Assembly (NCBI GenBank): GCA_964594835.1 | Contig: CAZQNA010000005.1 | Coordinates: 1-64,000, forward strand | DNA length: 64,000 nt | Direction: 5' to 3' | Origin: an uncultured Nitrososphaerota archaeon | GTDB lineage: Archaea > Korarchaeota > Korarchaeia > Korarchaeales > Korarchaeaceae | Shown here: positions 38,846 through 47,814 of the stretch, one piece after another | Position numbering within the stretch: position 1 is the stretch's first letter | How the letters are laid out: each line of letters starts with the position of its first letter | The notes under the pieces: generated by a model | Told to the model about the DNA's origin: nothing | The model's input: the letters and a program-made list of their open reading frames with translations, nothing else | Databases searched by the model: none | Position numbers and translations under genes: made by a program

Positions 38846-41506
38846 ATGGGACGCCCCTGGCACGCCATGGCGGTCGAGGAGGTACTGCGGGAACTGAAGA
38901 CCTCGAGGGTGGGCTTGTCCTCCGAGGAGGCCAGGAGGAGGCTTGAGGAGTTCGGCCCCAACGAGCTCGAGGAGGCGAGGAGGCGAGGACCACTCGGGGT
39001 CTTCGTTGATCAGTTCAAGAGCGTCCTGGTGGCCCTCCTGATCTTTGCGGCGGCCTTCAGCCTCCTGATTCGGGAGCATGTCGACGCCGCCGCCATAACG
39101 GCGATACTGGTGGTGAACGCGGTCCTGGGGACCGTCCAGGAGTACCGCGCCGAGCGGGCCCTCGAGGCCCTGAAGAGGCTCGCGGCGCCCAAGGCGACGG
39201 TCATCAGGGACGGGGTTCGAGTTAAGGTCTCCTCCCGGGAGGTCGTCCCTGGAGACATCATAGTCCTCCACGCCGGGGACAGGGTTCCGGCGGACGCGAG
39301 GCTACTGGAGAGCTTCAACCTGAGGGTCGACGAGTCAGTACTCACCGGAGAATCGGTCCCGGTCGAGAAGCTCGCTGACATCGCGCTGGATGAGGAGACG
39401 CCCCTTCCGGAGAGGAGGAACATGGTCTACTCTTCGACGGTGATCTCCTACGGTCGGGGAACGGCCGTCGTAGTCGGGACGGGGATGAGCACGGAGATCG
39501 GGAGGATAGCGGCCCTGGTCCAGGTGGAGGAGAAGGAGGAGACTCCCCTCCAGAGGAGGCTAGACAGCTTTGGAAAGAAGCTCGGGGTGTTCATACTCCT
39601 CCTGACGGCCCTCGTCACGTTTGAGGGGATATACGAGCTTGGGGGACTTCAGAGCCTCTCCGTACTGGAGGAGGTTGTGCTGACCGGGATAAGCCTGGCG
39701 GTCTCGGCCGTACCGGAGGGCCTCCCCGCGGTGGTGACGGTAGCCCTGGCCATTGGCGTCCAGAGGATGGCCTCGAGGAACGCCATAGTCAGGAGGCTGG
39801 CCGCCGTGGAGACCCTGGGGAGCGCCACGGTCATCGCGACCGACAAGACGGGGACGATAACGATGAACGAGATGACCGTCAGGGAGGTCTGGGCTGCGGG
39901 CAGGTTGATGGAGGCGGGCGCGCTGGCCCCGGACGGCGAGTCCTCCACGGTGAACCTATCCTCCCCAGTCGACGCGCTGGTGAAGGGAGCCGTGCTCTGC
40001 AGCGACGCCGACCTGGAGGAGAGGGGAGGCGAGGTCATCCGGGTGGGGGATCCCACCGAGCTGGCCCTGCTCTCGCTCGCCCTCGAGTCCGGAATCGACC
40101 ACAGGGAGCTCAAGAGATCCCATCCGAGGATAGCGGAGGTTCCGTTCGACTCGGCCAGGAAGAGGATGACGACCTTCCACCTGATGGGGGACGAGGTTAT
40201 CGCCTTCATGAAGGGGGCGCCTGAGGTCGTCCTCTCTCTCTGCGACCAGGTCCTCTGGGAGGGGGGAGAGCTGGTCGAGCTGGACGACGCCCTGAGGTCC
40301 GAGGTAGCGAGGGTCACGAGGGAGATGGCGGCGAGGGCCCTCAGGGTCCTGGCGGTCGCCTACAAGAGGGTTCCGGGCGGCGAGGAGCTGGGGCCTCAGC
40401 AGGAGTCCGGGATGGTCCTCGTGGGGCTCGTGGGGATGATGGACCCACCGAGGCCGGAGGTCCCGGGGGCCGTGGAGAGGGCCAGGAGGGCCGGCATAAG
40501 GATAGTCATGGTGACCGGCGACCACGCCCTCACGGCCTCGGCTGTCGCCAGGGAGGTGGGGATGGACGACTCTGGGAGGGTCGTCACCGGATGGGAGCTC
40601 GACTCCATGACGGACGAGGAGCTCAGGGAGATTGTCGGGGAGGTCTCGGTTTTCGCCAGGGTTAGTCCCGAGCACAAGCTCAGGATTCTGAAGGCACTGA
40701 AGGAAGGCGGAAACATCGTGGCCATGACGGGGGACGGCGTGAACGACGCCCCCGCCGTCAAGAGGGCGGACATAGGGGTGGCCATGGGGATAAGGGGGTC
40801 TGACGTGACGAGGGAGGCCGCGGACATGGTCCTCACGGACGACAACTTTGCGACGATCGTCAACGCGATTGAGGAGGGCAGGAGGATCTACGAGAACATA
40901 AGGAAGTTCATCAGGCTCCTGCTCTCGGCCAACTGGGACGAGATAATGGTAGTCTCGGCGGCCGCCCTCCTGGACCTGCCCCTCCCGTTCCTCCCCCTCC
41001 AGATCCTCTGGCTCAACCTGCTGACCGACGGCCTCCCGGCCATGGCCCTCGGCCTGGACCCGCCGGATGAGGACGTGATGGAGAGGCCGCCGAGGAATCC
41101 AAACGAGGAGATCTATCACGGGATGCTCTGGTACATAGTGGTGGCCGCGATCGTTGCGGCCTTCGCCTCCCTCGTCCCCTTCTGGCTGGAGCTCAGGGTC
41201 ACGGGGGACGTCGCCCGGGCGAGGACCCTCGCGTTCACCATAGCCGTGACCTTCGAGCTGCTCCTGGCCCTGAACTGCAGGTCACCGAGGAGGTACGTGT
41301 ACTCCTCCTGGTCGGCCCTCACGGCAAACAAGGCCCTTCTGCTCGCGGTCGCGACATCCTTCCTCCTCCAGCTCGCCGTGATATACGTGCCTCCGCTTCG
41401 CCTGATCTTCAAGACGGCCCCCCTCAACCTGCGCGACTGGGGACTCGTGCTGGTCGGCGCCTCCGGTGGGGCCCTGCTGTACCCGGGCCTTCTGGAGAGG
41501 GAGTGA
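38846..41506 (+). CDS. Cation-transporting P-type ATPase (type II, Ca2+/PacL-like)
   Basis: TGES, PEGLP, DKTGT, KGAPE, TGD and GDGVNDAP. Confidence 0.93.
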   Translation: MGRPWHAMAVEEVLRELKTSRVGLSSEEARRRLEEFGPNELEEARRRGPLGVFVDQFKSVLVALLIFAAAFSLLIREHVDAAAITAILVVNAVLGTVQEYRAERALEALKRLAAPKATVIRDGVRVKVSSREVVPGDIIVLHAGDRVPADARLLESFNLRVDESVLTGESVPVEKLADIALDEETPLPERRNMVYSSTVISYGRGTAVVVGTGMSTEIGRIAALVQVEEKEETPLQRRLDSFGKKLGVFILLLTALVTFEGIYELGGLQSLSVLEEVVLTGISLAVSAVPEGLPAVVTVALAIGVQRMASRNAIVRRLAAVETLGSATVIATDKTGTITMNEMTVREVWAAGRLMEAGALAPDGESSTVNLSSPVDALVKGAVLCSDADLEERGGEVIRVGDPTELALLSLALESGIDHRELKRSHPRIAEVPFDSARKRMTTFHLMGDEVIAFMKGAPEVVLSLCDQVLWEGGELVELDDALRSEVARVTREMAARALRVLAVAYKRVPGGEELGPQQESGMVLVGLVGMMDPPRPEVPGAVERARRAGIRIVMVTGDHALTASAVAREVGMDDSGRVVTGWELDSMTDEELREIVGEVSVFARVSPEHKLRILKALKEGGNIVAMTGDGVNDAPAVKRADIGVAMGIRGSDVTREAADMVLTDDNFATIVNAIEEGRRIYENIRKFIRLLLSANWDEIMVVSAAALLDLPLPFLPLQILWLNLLTDGLPAMALGLDPPDEDVMERPPRNPNEEIYHGMLWYIVVAAIVAAFASLVPFWLELRVTGDVARARTLAFTIAVTFELLLALNCRSPRRYVYSSWSALTANKALLLAVATSFLLQLAVIYVPPLRLIFKTAPLNLRDWGLVLVGASGGALLYPGLLERE

Positions 41507-41515
41507 CCGCGGGAC

Positions 41516-42424
41516 ATGGTCGGGGAGTGCTACTACCTGGCGGTCGGCCACCTGACGATTGACGACCTGGGCGGGGAGACGAGGCTCGGCGGGGCGTCCG
41601 CGTACGGCTCGGCCCTCGCGGCCGGGCTGGGACTCTCCGCCTGCGTGGTCTCCGTCGTGGGGTCGGACTTCCCAGCTGAGGCGCTCGACGCCCTCAGGGG
41701 ATTCGGGGTGGACCTGTCCGGAGTCAGGGTCTCCGCCGGACCTAGCACAAGGTTCAGGGTCGTGCCGGGGCCCGACAGGGTTGTCTCCTCCCTACTCTCA
41801 AGGGCCCCTCCCCTCGGGGCCAACGACGTCTCTCACCTCAGGGCAAGGATCGCCCACGTCGGCCCCGTCGCGGGAGAGGTCCCGAGGGAGGTGGTGCTGA
41901 GGCTCGCCGCAGGCTGCGACATCCTGCTGATCGATCTTCAGGGCTTTCTGAGGGAGTTCGATCCGCTGGGGCGGGTTAGGCTGAGCGCGCGTGGTATGAG
42001 AGCCCTGGAGGGGGTGAGGGGAGTAGTCCACGCGAATGCCGAAGAGGCGGCAGAGGCCACGGGCTCCGGAGATCCGGTCGTGGCCGCGGAGGAGCTCTCG
42101 AGAGGGTTTGGGGTGGCGGCCGTCACGCTGGGTGGAGGGGGGGCCGTGGTGTCCGGAGGCCGGACCACGCTGGTGGCCAGACCTCCCGGCGTCGAGGCGG
42201 TGGACGACGTCGGCGCGGGAGACGTGTTCACGGCCGCCTTGGGGATAGCTGTGTCCCGGGGCGCTGGCCTCAGGGAGGCGGCCAGATTCGCGGTTGCGGC
42301 GGCCTCAGCCTCGACAACGCTCGTGGGACCGCGTCCAATTCCCGTTAATATCATAAGTGAGCTAGAGACCGCCGTTTCAATAGAGGTCTTCAGACGGGGG
42401 TCCGGGTCCGGCCTTCACGGCTAG
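41516..42424 (+). CDS. PfkB-family carbohydrate kinase
   Basis: GGASAY and the anion-hole motif DDVGAGDVF. Confidence 0.85.
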   Translation: MVGECYYLAVGHLTIDDLGGETRLGGASAYGSALAAGLGLSACVVSVVGSDFPAEALDALRGFGVDLSGVRVSAGPSTRFRVVPGPDRVVSSLLSRAPPLGANDVSHLRARIAHVGPVAGEVPREVVLRLAAGCDILLIDLQGFLREFDPLGRVRLSARGMRALEGVRGVVHANAEEAAEATGSGDPVVAAEELSRGFGVAAVTLGGGGAVVSGGRTTLVARPPGVEAVDDVGAGDVFTAALGIAVSRGAGLREAARFAVAAASASTTLVGPRPIPVNIISELETAVSIEVFRRGSGSGLHG

Positions 42425-42994
42425 GACGTCCAGCTGGCCGACCCACCTCCCCCTCACCCCAACGACGCGCATACCGAGCGCCCTGAGTTCATTCAACAGG
42501 CTATCCACTGTCAAGAACTCTGAGTGGAGGCCAATCAGCCTCTCCATCTTCCTGAGGACCCTGGCAGAGAGCCTGGAGCCGTCGAAGTCGTATATCCCGA
42601 GGACCCCCCCGACCCGCAGCACCCTGGAGGCCTCCCTCAGGGCGTCCGTCTGCCGAGGTATGTGGTGGAGCGAGTCGAAGAATATCACGAAGTCCGCCAC
42701 CCCGTCCCTGAGCGGGAGCCTCCTGGCGTCGGCCCTCAGCACGGACACGTTCGGCCTCGAGGCGAGCCTCCTCCTGGCCGACGAGGTCATGTCCCTGTCT
42801 ATGTCCACCAGTATCAGGTGGCCCACCCTGTCTGCGATGAGCTCGGCCGACAGCCCGTACCCGGCGCCGACGTCTACCCCGACGGCGCCTGGGCCGACCA
42901 TCCCTATCAGCTCTGCGATGGGCCTGTAGACCCCCCTCAGGCCGAGGGAGTAGATGAGCCTGTAGGCGAGGGGGGTCCCCCGCCTCCCTCCCAT
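42377..42994 (-). CDS. Class I SAM-dependent methyltransferase
   Basis: VDVGAGYG, DARRLP, SLHH and RVLRVGG; ATG at 42994. Confidence 0.85.
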   Translation of the reverse strand: MGGRRGTPLAYRLIYSLGLRGVYRPIAELIGMVGPGAVGVDVGAGYGLSAELIADRVGHLILVDIDRDMTSSARRRLASRPNVSVLRADARRLPLRDGVADFVIFFDSLHHIPRQTDALREASRVLRVGGVLGIYDFDGSRLSARVLRKMERLIGLHSEFLTVDSLLNELRALGMRVVGVRGRWVGQLDVLAVKAGPGPPSEDLY

Positions 42995-43051
42995 TAGTCT
43001 CGATCCGGCCGCCGGGCAAATTACTTTAACCGTACCCTGCCGTTCAGCGCC

Positions 43052-43741
43052 GTGCGAGACCTCAAGAGCCTGGTGATCCGAAAGGCAGTGCACGCGGTGA
43101 TGGCGCTGAGCCTGGCGGCCCCGGCCGTGATCCTCCCCAGGCTGCCGGAGTATCTCTTCCTCCTCCACAGGCCCTCTCCGGCCGAGGTCTATGGGCTGCT
43201 GATGATGGCGGCCGCTTGGGTCAACGCCCTGAGGGTCAAGGGTCCCGCGGTGGAGGTCAAGCCTGAGGAGCTGGAGCGGATGCTCCAGAGGACGCCAGTC
43301 GGCCAGAGGGTGGAGGCGGCCGTGAAGTGGCTCGACGCGACCATCCGTCGGCTGGAGAGGGAGTACGAGAGGAGGGCTGGCTGGGTCGGCCTGATGTACG
43401 GGGTCGTGGGAGTCGGGGTCTCCTACTTCCTCTTCGGCTGGAACTTCCTGTGGGGCGTCGTGGCCCTCGCCACGACTGACGTCGCCTCTGCGGTCGTCGG
43501 GGCCTTCGCAGGGAGTCGGAGGATGCCCTTCGCCTCCACGTCCACTGTCGAGGGGACGGTCGCCGGATTCCTGGCCATCCTGCCGGTTGCCCTGGCCTTC
43601 AGGGACCCGGCCAGCGCGGTCATCCTGTCGGCGGCGGCAGCGCTCTCGGAGGCCTACGGGGTCGAGGACAACCTCGAGGTGCCCTTCGTGGTGTCTGGCC
43701 TGGCCTGGCTCATGCCCCGCCTGGGGATAGGAGTTCCCTGA
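43052..43741 (+). CDS. Dolichol/phytol kinase (CTP-dependent polyprenol kinase)-like membrane protein
   Basis: RKAVH, D..SAVVG, STVEGT and EDNLEVP motifs. Confidence 0.7.
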   Translation: MRDLKSLVIRKAVHAVMALSLAAPAVILPRLPEYLFLLHRPSPAEVYGLLMMAAAWVNALRVKGPAVEVKPEELERMLQRTPVGQRVEAAVKWLDATIRRLEREYERRAGWVGLMYGVVGVGVSYFLFGWNFLWGVVALATTDVASAVVGAFAGSRRMPFASTSTVEGTVAGFLAILPVALAFRDPASAVILSAAAALSEAYGVEDNLEVPFVVSGLAWLMPRLGIGVP

Positions 43742-44885
43742 TGAACCTCTTGAGTGCGGCGACGTCCTCTAGGTGCACGAACTCGAGGGGGGCGTGGATG
43801 TTGTTGTCCACCCTTATGGCCCCGATGGCCACCGTGGGCACCCCCTTGCTGGCGAACAGGTAGCCGTCGTTGCCTCCCAGCTCTGCGGCAAGCTCCCGCC
43901 TGCCCATCGCCCTCTCCATCGCGTCGAGGGCCTCCCTGACGAACGGGTGGTCCGGAGGGGTCACCCAGCCCGTGTTGACCTCTCCCACAAGCTCCATGGA
44001 CACCTCGAGCCCCAGCCTCGCCGCCGCGTCTGTCAGGAAGGACCTCAGCTCCTCCAGCGCCTCGTCCGGATCCTCTCCAGGGACGATCCTCATGTCGAAC
44101 CCCAGCCTCGCCTCGCTGGGCACGGCGTTGTGCTTCTCCCCGGCCCTCAGCATCGTCACGGTGAACCTCCCCCAAACCCTCCCCACGGGGGACCCCGGGG
44201 GGCTTGGGAACTTTGATAGCCTCGCGGCCCTCCGCCTGGAGAAGTCCTCAAGCTCCTGGATGAGCCTCACCAACCCGTAGATCGGATTCCTCGTCTTGTG
44301 GGGGTAGCCCGCGTGGCCCCCCACGCCCCTGACCACGATCCAGCCGTCGGCCACTCCGCTGGCCCCCACGCTGAGGTGCTCTATCGCCGCGTCGAGGATC
44401 ACGGCAGCGTCGCCCGTTATGCCGGCCCCCTCGACGACCTCCCTTATCCCCGTCCCCCCGACCTCCTCGTCGCCCACCACTATGGCCAGGGGGTTGTACC
44501 TCAGTTCGCCAGCGCCGCCCTCGGCTATCTCCTTAAGGGCCCCCAGGGTGGCCGCAATGGCGGACTTGTCGTCGGCCGCCCCCCTCCCGTACATCCGGCC
44601 GTCCACGACGACCGGCTCGAACGGGTCAATCTCCCTGTCGCCCAGCCTCCATGGTCCCCGGGCCGGGACGACGTCGTAGTGGCTCACGAGCGCCAGGTCC
44701 CTGTCCGCGCCCGCGTCCAGCCTCGCCACGACGTTCGGCACCTCCTCTCCCACTATCTGGACGCTTAGGCCTATCTCTCTGAAGTACCCTGCCACAAGCT
44801 CGGCCGCCTCCCTGTAGTTCCTCCGCTGGGTGGCGTCCGTGTTCAGGGAGACAAGGCGGCCCAGGACCTCGACCTCCCACTCCAA
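43710..44885 (-). CDS. M20 family peptidase (DapE/ArgE-like)
   Basis: SHYDVVP, GRGAADDK, DEE and IHAPLE. Confidence 0.9.
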   Translation of the reverse strand: MEWEVEVLGRLVSLNTDATQRRNYREAAELVAGYFREIGLSVQIVGEEVPNVVARLDAGADRDLALVSHYDVVPARGPWRLGDREIDPFEPVVVDGRMYGRGAADDKSAIAATLGALKEIAEGGAGELRYNPLAIVVGDEEVGGTGIREVVEGAGITGDAAVILDAAIEHLSVGASGVADGWIVVRGVGGHAGYPHKTRNPIYGLVRLIQELEDFSRRRAARLSKFPSPPGSPVGRVWGRFTVTMLRAGEKHNAVPSEARLGFDMRIVPGEDPDEALEELRSFLTDAAARLGLEVSMELVGEVNTGWVTPPDHPFVREALDAMERAMGRRELAAELGGNDGYLFASKGVPTVAIGAIRVDNNIHAPLEFVHLEDVAALKRFIRELLSPGGA

Positions 44886-44947
44886 CCGGGTCCACCCGGA
44901 CGGGGTGCTGGTGATCAGGTTAATAGACTGACGAGGCGGGAGGCGGG

Positions 44948-46165
44948 ATGCCCGCTCGGGTTGCGCTTGTGGGGGCGGGGGTGACGTCGAGGGTCGTGGC
45001 GCTCTCTCTCGCGAGGGACGACCTCGCCCCCTGGGTGGGGGAGCTGCTGATAGCGGACCTGAATGAGGACGCCGCCAGGATGGTGGCCGAGCGGGCTCAG
45101 GCCCTGACTGCCTCGAAGTCAGTGTTTTGGGCGAGGATCGACGCCAGGGACGTGGATCAGGCCGTCGGATTGATCAGGGGGTACGACGTCCTGATCAACG
45201 GCGCGATCTTCAAGGTGATCCCCCACCTCACCAGGGCCGCCCTTGAGGCGGGAGTGAACTACGTTGACTTCGGCTCAGACAGGGAGACCCTCCAGTGGCA
45301 GCTCTCCCTGGGAGAGGACTTCAGGCGCGCCGGCGCCGCGGCCCTGCCAGGGATGGGGGGCTCTCCGGGCCTGATAAACGTCCTGGCCAGGTTGGCGGTC
45401 GATCAACTGGAGGAGGTACGGGAGATACGCATGAGAGAGGGGTGGACAGACAGAGTGGACTACGAAGGCCTCGGTATCCCCCTCCCCGTGCCCTACTCCC
45501 TCGAGACCATCCTCGACGAGTTCGTCTACGGGGGGGAGGTCTGGACGCCCGAGGGGGTGAGGCCCACCCCGCCGCTCGGGGGCCGCGAGGTCTTCGAGTT
45601 CCCCCAGCCCGTGGGGAGGCAGCCCTGCTACTACGTCGACCACCCCGAGACCTGGAGCCTAGGGGAGACTTTCAGAGACCGTGGGCTCAGGCTGGTCGAC
45701 TACAAGCTCTCCTTCCCCGACGACCTCCTGGAGAAGTACCGCCTCCTCGTGGGGCTCGGATTCGCCTCGGAGGACCCATTGGACCTCGAGGGGTGCAGGA
45801 GGTCGCCCCTGGAGATTCTGAAGCGCCTGGTCGCCAGGACGATGGAGGGCAAGTCGTGGGCGCCAGACGACGTGGACGTGATGGTCGTGGTCGCCGAGGG
45901 GACGAGGTCCGGGGGAACTCCCTCGTCGGCCGTCGTCACGGCGGAGGCCAGATCTTGGAGGGACCCGCCCGCGTCTTCGCACGGCGTGATGGTGGCCGCC
46001 CCAGCGGTTACCGCAGCCAGGATGCTGTTCGAGGGGGAGATCTCGCCGGGAGTCCACCTCCCGGAGAGGGTCCTGGACCCCGAGCCGTTCCTGCGGGAGG
46101 TGGCGAGGTTCGGCGTGTCTATCGGGCTGGAGGTGACGGTCGGCCGGGCCTCGCCGTCGGGATGA
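44948..46165 (+). CDS. Saccharopine dehydrogenase-family oxidoreductase
   Basis: N-terminal Rossmann-like region, NYVD, GMGGSPGL, YSLETILDE and HPET. Confidence 0.8.
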   Translation: MPARVALVGAGVTSRVVALSLARDDLAPWVGELLIADLNEDAARMVAERAQALTASKSVFWARIDARDVDQAVGLIRGYDVLINGAIFKVIPHLTRAALEAGVNYVDFGSDRETLQWQLSLGEDFRRAGAAALPGMGGSPGLINVLARLAVDQLEEVREIRMREGWTDRVDYEGLGIPLPVPYSLETILDEFVYGGEVWTPEGVRPTPPLGGREVFEFPQPVGRQPCYYVDHPETWSLGETFRDRGLRLVDYKLSFPDDLLEKYRLLVGLGFASEDPLDLEGCRRSPLEILKRLVARTMEGKSWAPDDVDVMVVVAEGTRSGGTPSSAVVTAEARSWRDPPASSHGVMVAAPAVTAARMLFEGEISPGVHLPERVLDPEPFLREVARFGVSIGLEVTVGRASPSG

Positions 46166-46223
46166 GGGGGAGGTCGTCCCGGACCGAAAAATCATTTTAC
46201 CTTTGAGGGCTGGAGAGGGCCCC

Positions 46224-46961
46224 GTGCCCACGGAGAGGCTGTACTACCGGGATCAGTACTTGAAGGAGTTCACCGCGAGGGTGACCTCGGTCGAGGAGCT
46301 TCCCGAGGGAAGGCTCGGCGTGGTCCTGGACAGGACGGCCTTCTACCCGGAGGGGGGAGGCCAGCTGGCCGACACGGGTGTCTTGGAGGGCCCCTCCGGG
46401 AGGCTAAGGGTGGTCTGGGCCGAGGACCGGGGAGGGGAGGTACTCCACATCGGGGAGCCCGATGGCTCAATGGCCCCCGGCGACGAGGTCCGCGGCGCCA
46501 TCGACTGGGAGAGGAGGCACGCCATAATGAGGACTCACACGGCTGCCCACGTGCTGATGCACGCCGTGGACAGGCTGTTCGGACGAACGGAGCTGGCCGG
46601 AAGTGGCCTCAGCGTTGGAACGGGCCGCCTGGACTTCTCGGTGAGGATAACCAGGGATCAGCTGCCCTCCATAGAGGAGGAGGCCAACAGGATCGTGGAG
46701 GGGGACTATGAGGTCAGGGCGGTCGTGCTCCCGAGGGAGGAGGCGGAGTCTCTGCTCGCAAAGTACGGGGCGAGCCTCGGACCGGCCCAGGAGGGTATGG
46801 AGGAGGTCAGGGTCGTGGAGATCGTTGGGGTCGGGGCCGACCCCTGTGGGGGGACCCACGTGGCCCGGACGGGGGAGATAGGAGGGATCAAGATCCTGAA
46901 GAGGAAGAGCAAGGGGAAGGGTGTCGTGAGGCTGGAGTACGCAGTGTCCGGCTTCTATTGA
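46224..46961 (+). CDS. alaXM: Alanyl-tRNA editing protein AlaX-M
   Basis: FYPEGGGQ, HTAAH and CGGTH zinc motifs. Confidence 0.92.
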   Translation: MPTERLYYRDQYLKEFTARVTSVEELPEGRLGVVLDRTAFYPEGGGQLADTGVLEGPSGRLRVVWAEDRGGEVLHIGEPDGSMAPGDEVRGAIDWERRHAIMRTHTAAHVLMHAVDRLFGRTELAGSGLSVGTGRLDFSVRITRDQLPSIEEEANRIVEGDYEVRAVVLPREEAESLLAKYGASLGPAQEGMEEVRVVEIVGVGADPCGGTHVARTGEIGGIKILKRKSKGKGVVRLEYAVSGFY

Positions 46962-46980
46962 AGCTCGAGGTGTTCTCCCG

Positions 46981-47814
46981 GTGGTCTCGGTCAGGGGGGT
47001 CGCGCCGGTCCTCGCCGTCCTGGCGCTCTCGCTCAGCGCGGCGCCGGCCTGGGGAGAGCCGTCTGGCTGCAGGGTCACGCTCTACGAGGACGGGTGGGCC
47101 CTGGTTACCGTGACCTGGAACTCGGAGGGGCTGGTGAGCGCGGTCCCCCTGCTCCCCGGCGCCAGGTCGATCCTCGTCACCGACGAGGGCGGCGGGCTGC
47201 CCGAGTACAACGTCACCGACGGGACGCTCATCGTCTTGGAGTCTCCGGGCTCGATCAACGTGACCTACGAGACGCAGGGGATCACATCCAAGGAGGGAGA
47301 CGTCTGGACGGCGAACCTCTCGGTTGAGCTCGGGACCTGCGAGGTGATCATGCCCAGGGGATCGATACTGGTCGGGATGTCGGAGCTGCCCGCCGCAGTC
47401 ACTTCGGTGGACAACAGGACGGTGGTGTTCATGGAGACTCCCTGCTGGGTCTCCTACGTCATGGCGACGAGGTCGCGGGGCCCGCAGGCGGGGAGGGGCT
47501 CGAGCCTCTGGCCCGCGGCGGCAGCCGGGCTGGCCCTCGCCGCGGCGATCCTGGCGCTCTCGCTCAGGACTCGCCGGAGGGAGACCAGAGAGAGGCCCCC
47601 GCTCTCGTACGACGACATTGCGCTGCTCAGGAAGCTCGATCAGATGGGGGGAGAGGCCTACCTCTCTGAGCTCAGGGCGGCCCTGGAGATGCCGAAGACC
47701 ACCGTGTGGAGGAGGGCCAGGAGGCTGAGCGAGGGCGGCCTCGTGGAGATGGTGAAGACCTCGAGGGGGAGCCTCCTCAGGATCACCGAGGAGGGCAGGA
47801 GGGTGATCTCCTGA
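46981..47814 (+). CDS. Membrane-anchored protein with extracellular beta domain and cytoplasmic winged-helix domain
   Basis: Signal peptide, beta-rich domain, TM (WPAAAAGLALAAAILAL) and wHTH LSELRAALEMPKTTVWRRARRL. Confidence 0.8.
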   Translation: MVSVRGVAPVLAVLALSLSAAPAWGEPSGCRVTLYEDGWALVTVTWNSEGLVSAVPLLPGARSILVTDEGGGLPEYNVTDGTLIVLESPGSINVTYETQGITSKEGDVWTANLSVELGTCEVIMPRGSILVGMSELPAAVTSVDNRTVVFMETPCWVSYVMATRSRGPQAGRGSSLWPAAAAGLALAAAILALSLRTRRRETRERPPLSYDDIALLRKLDQMGGEAYLSELRAALEMPKTTVWRRARRLSEGGLVEMVKTSRGSLLRITEEGRRVIS

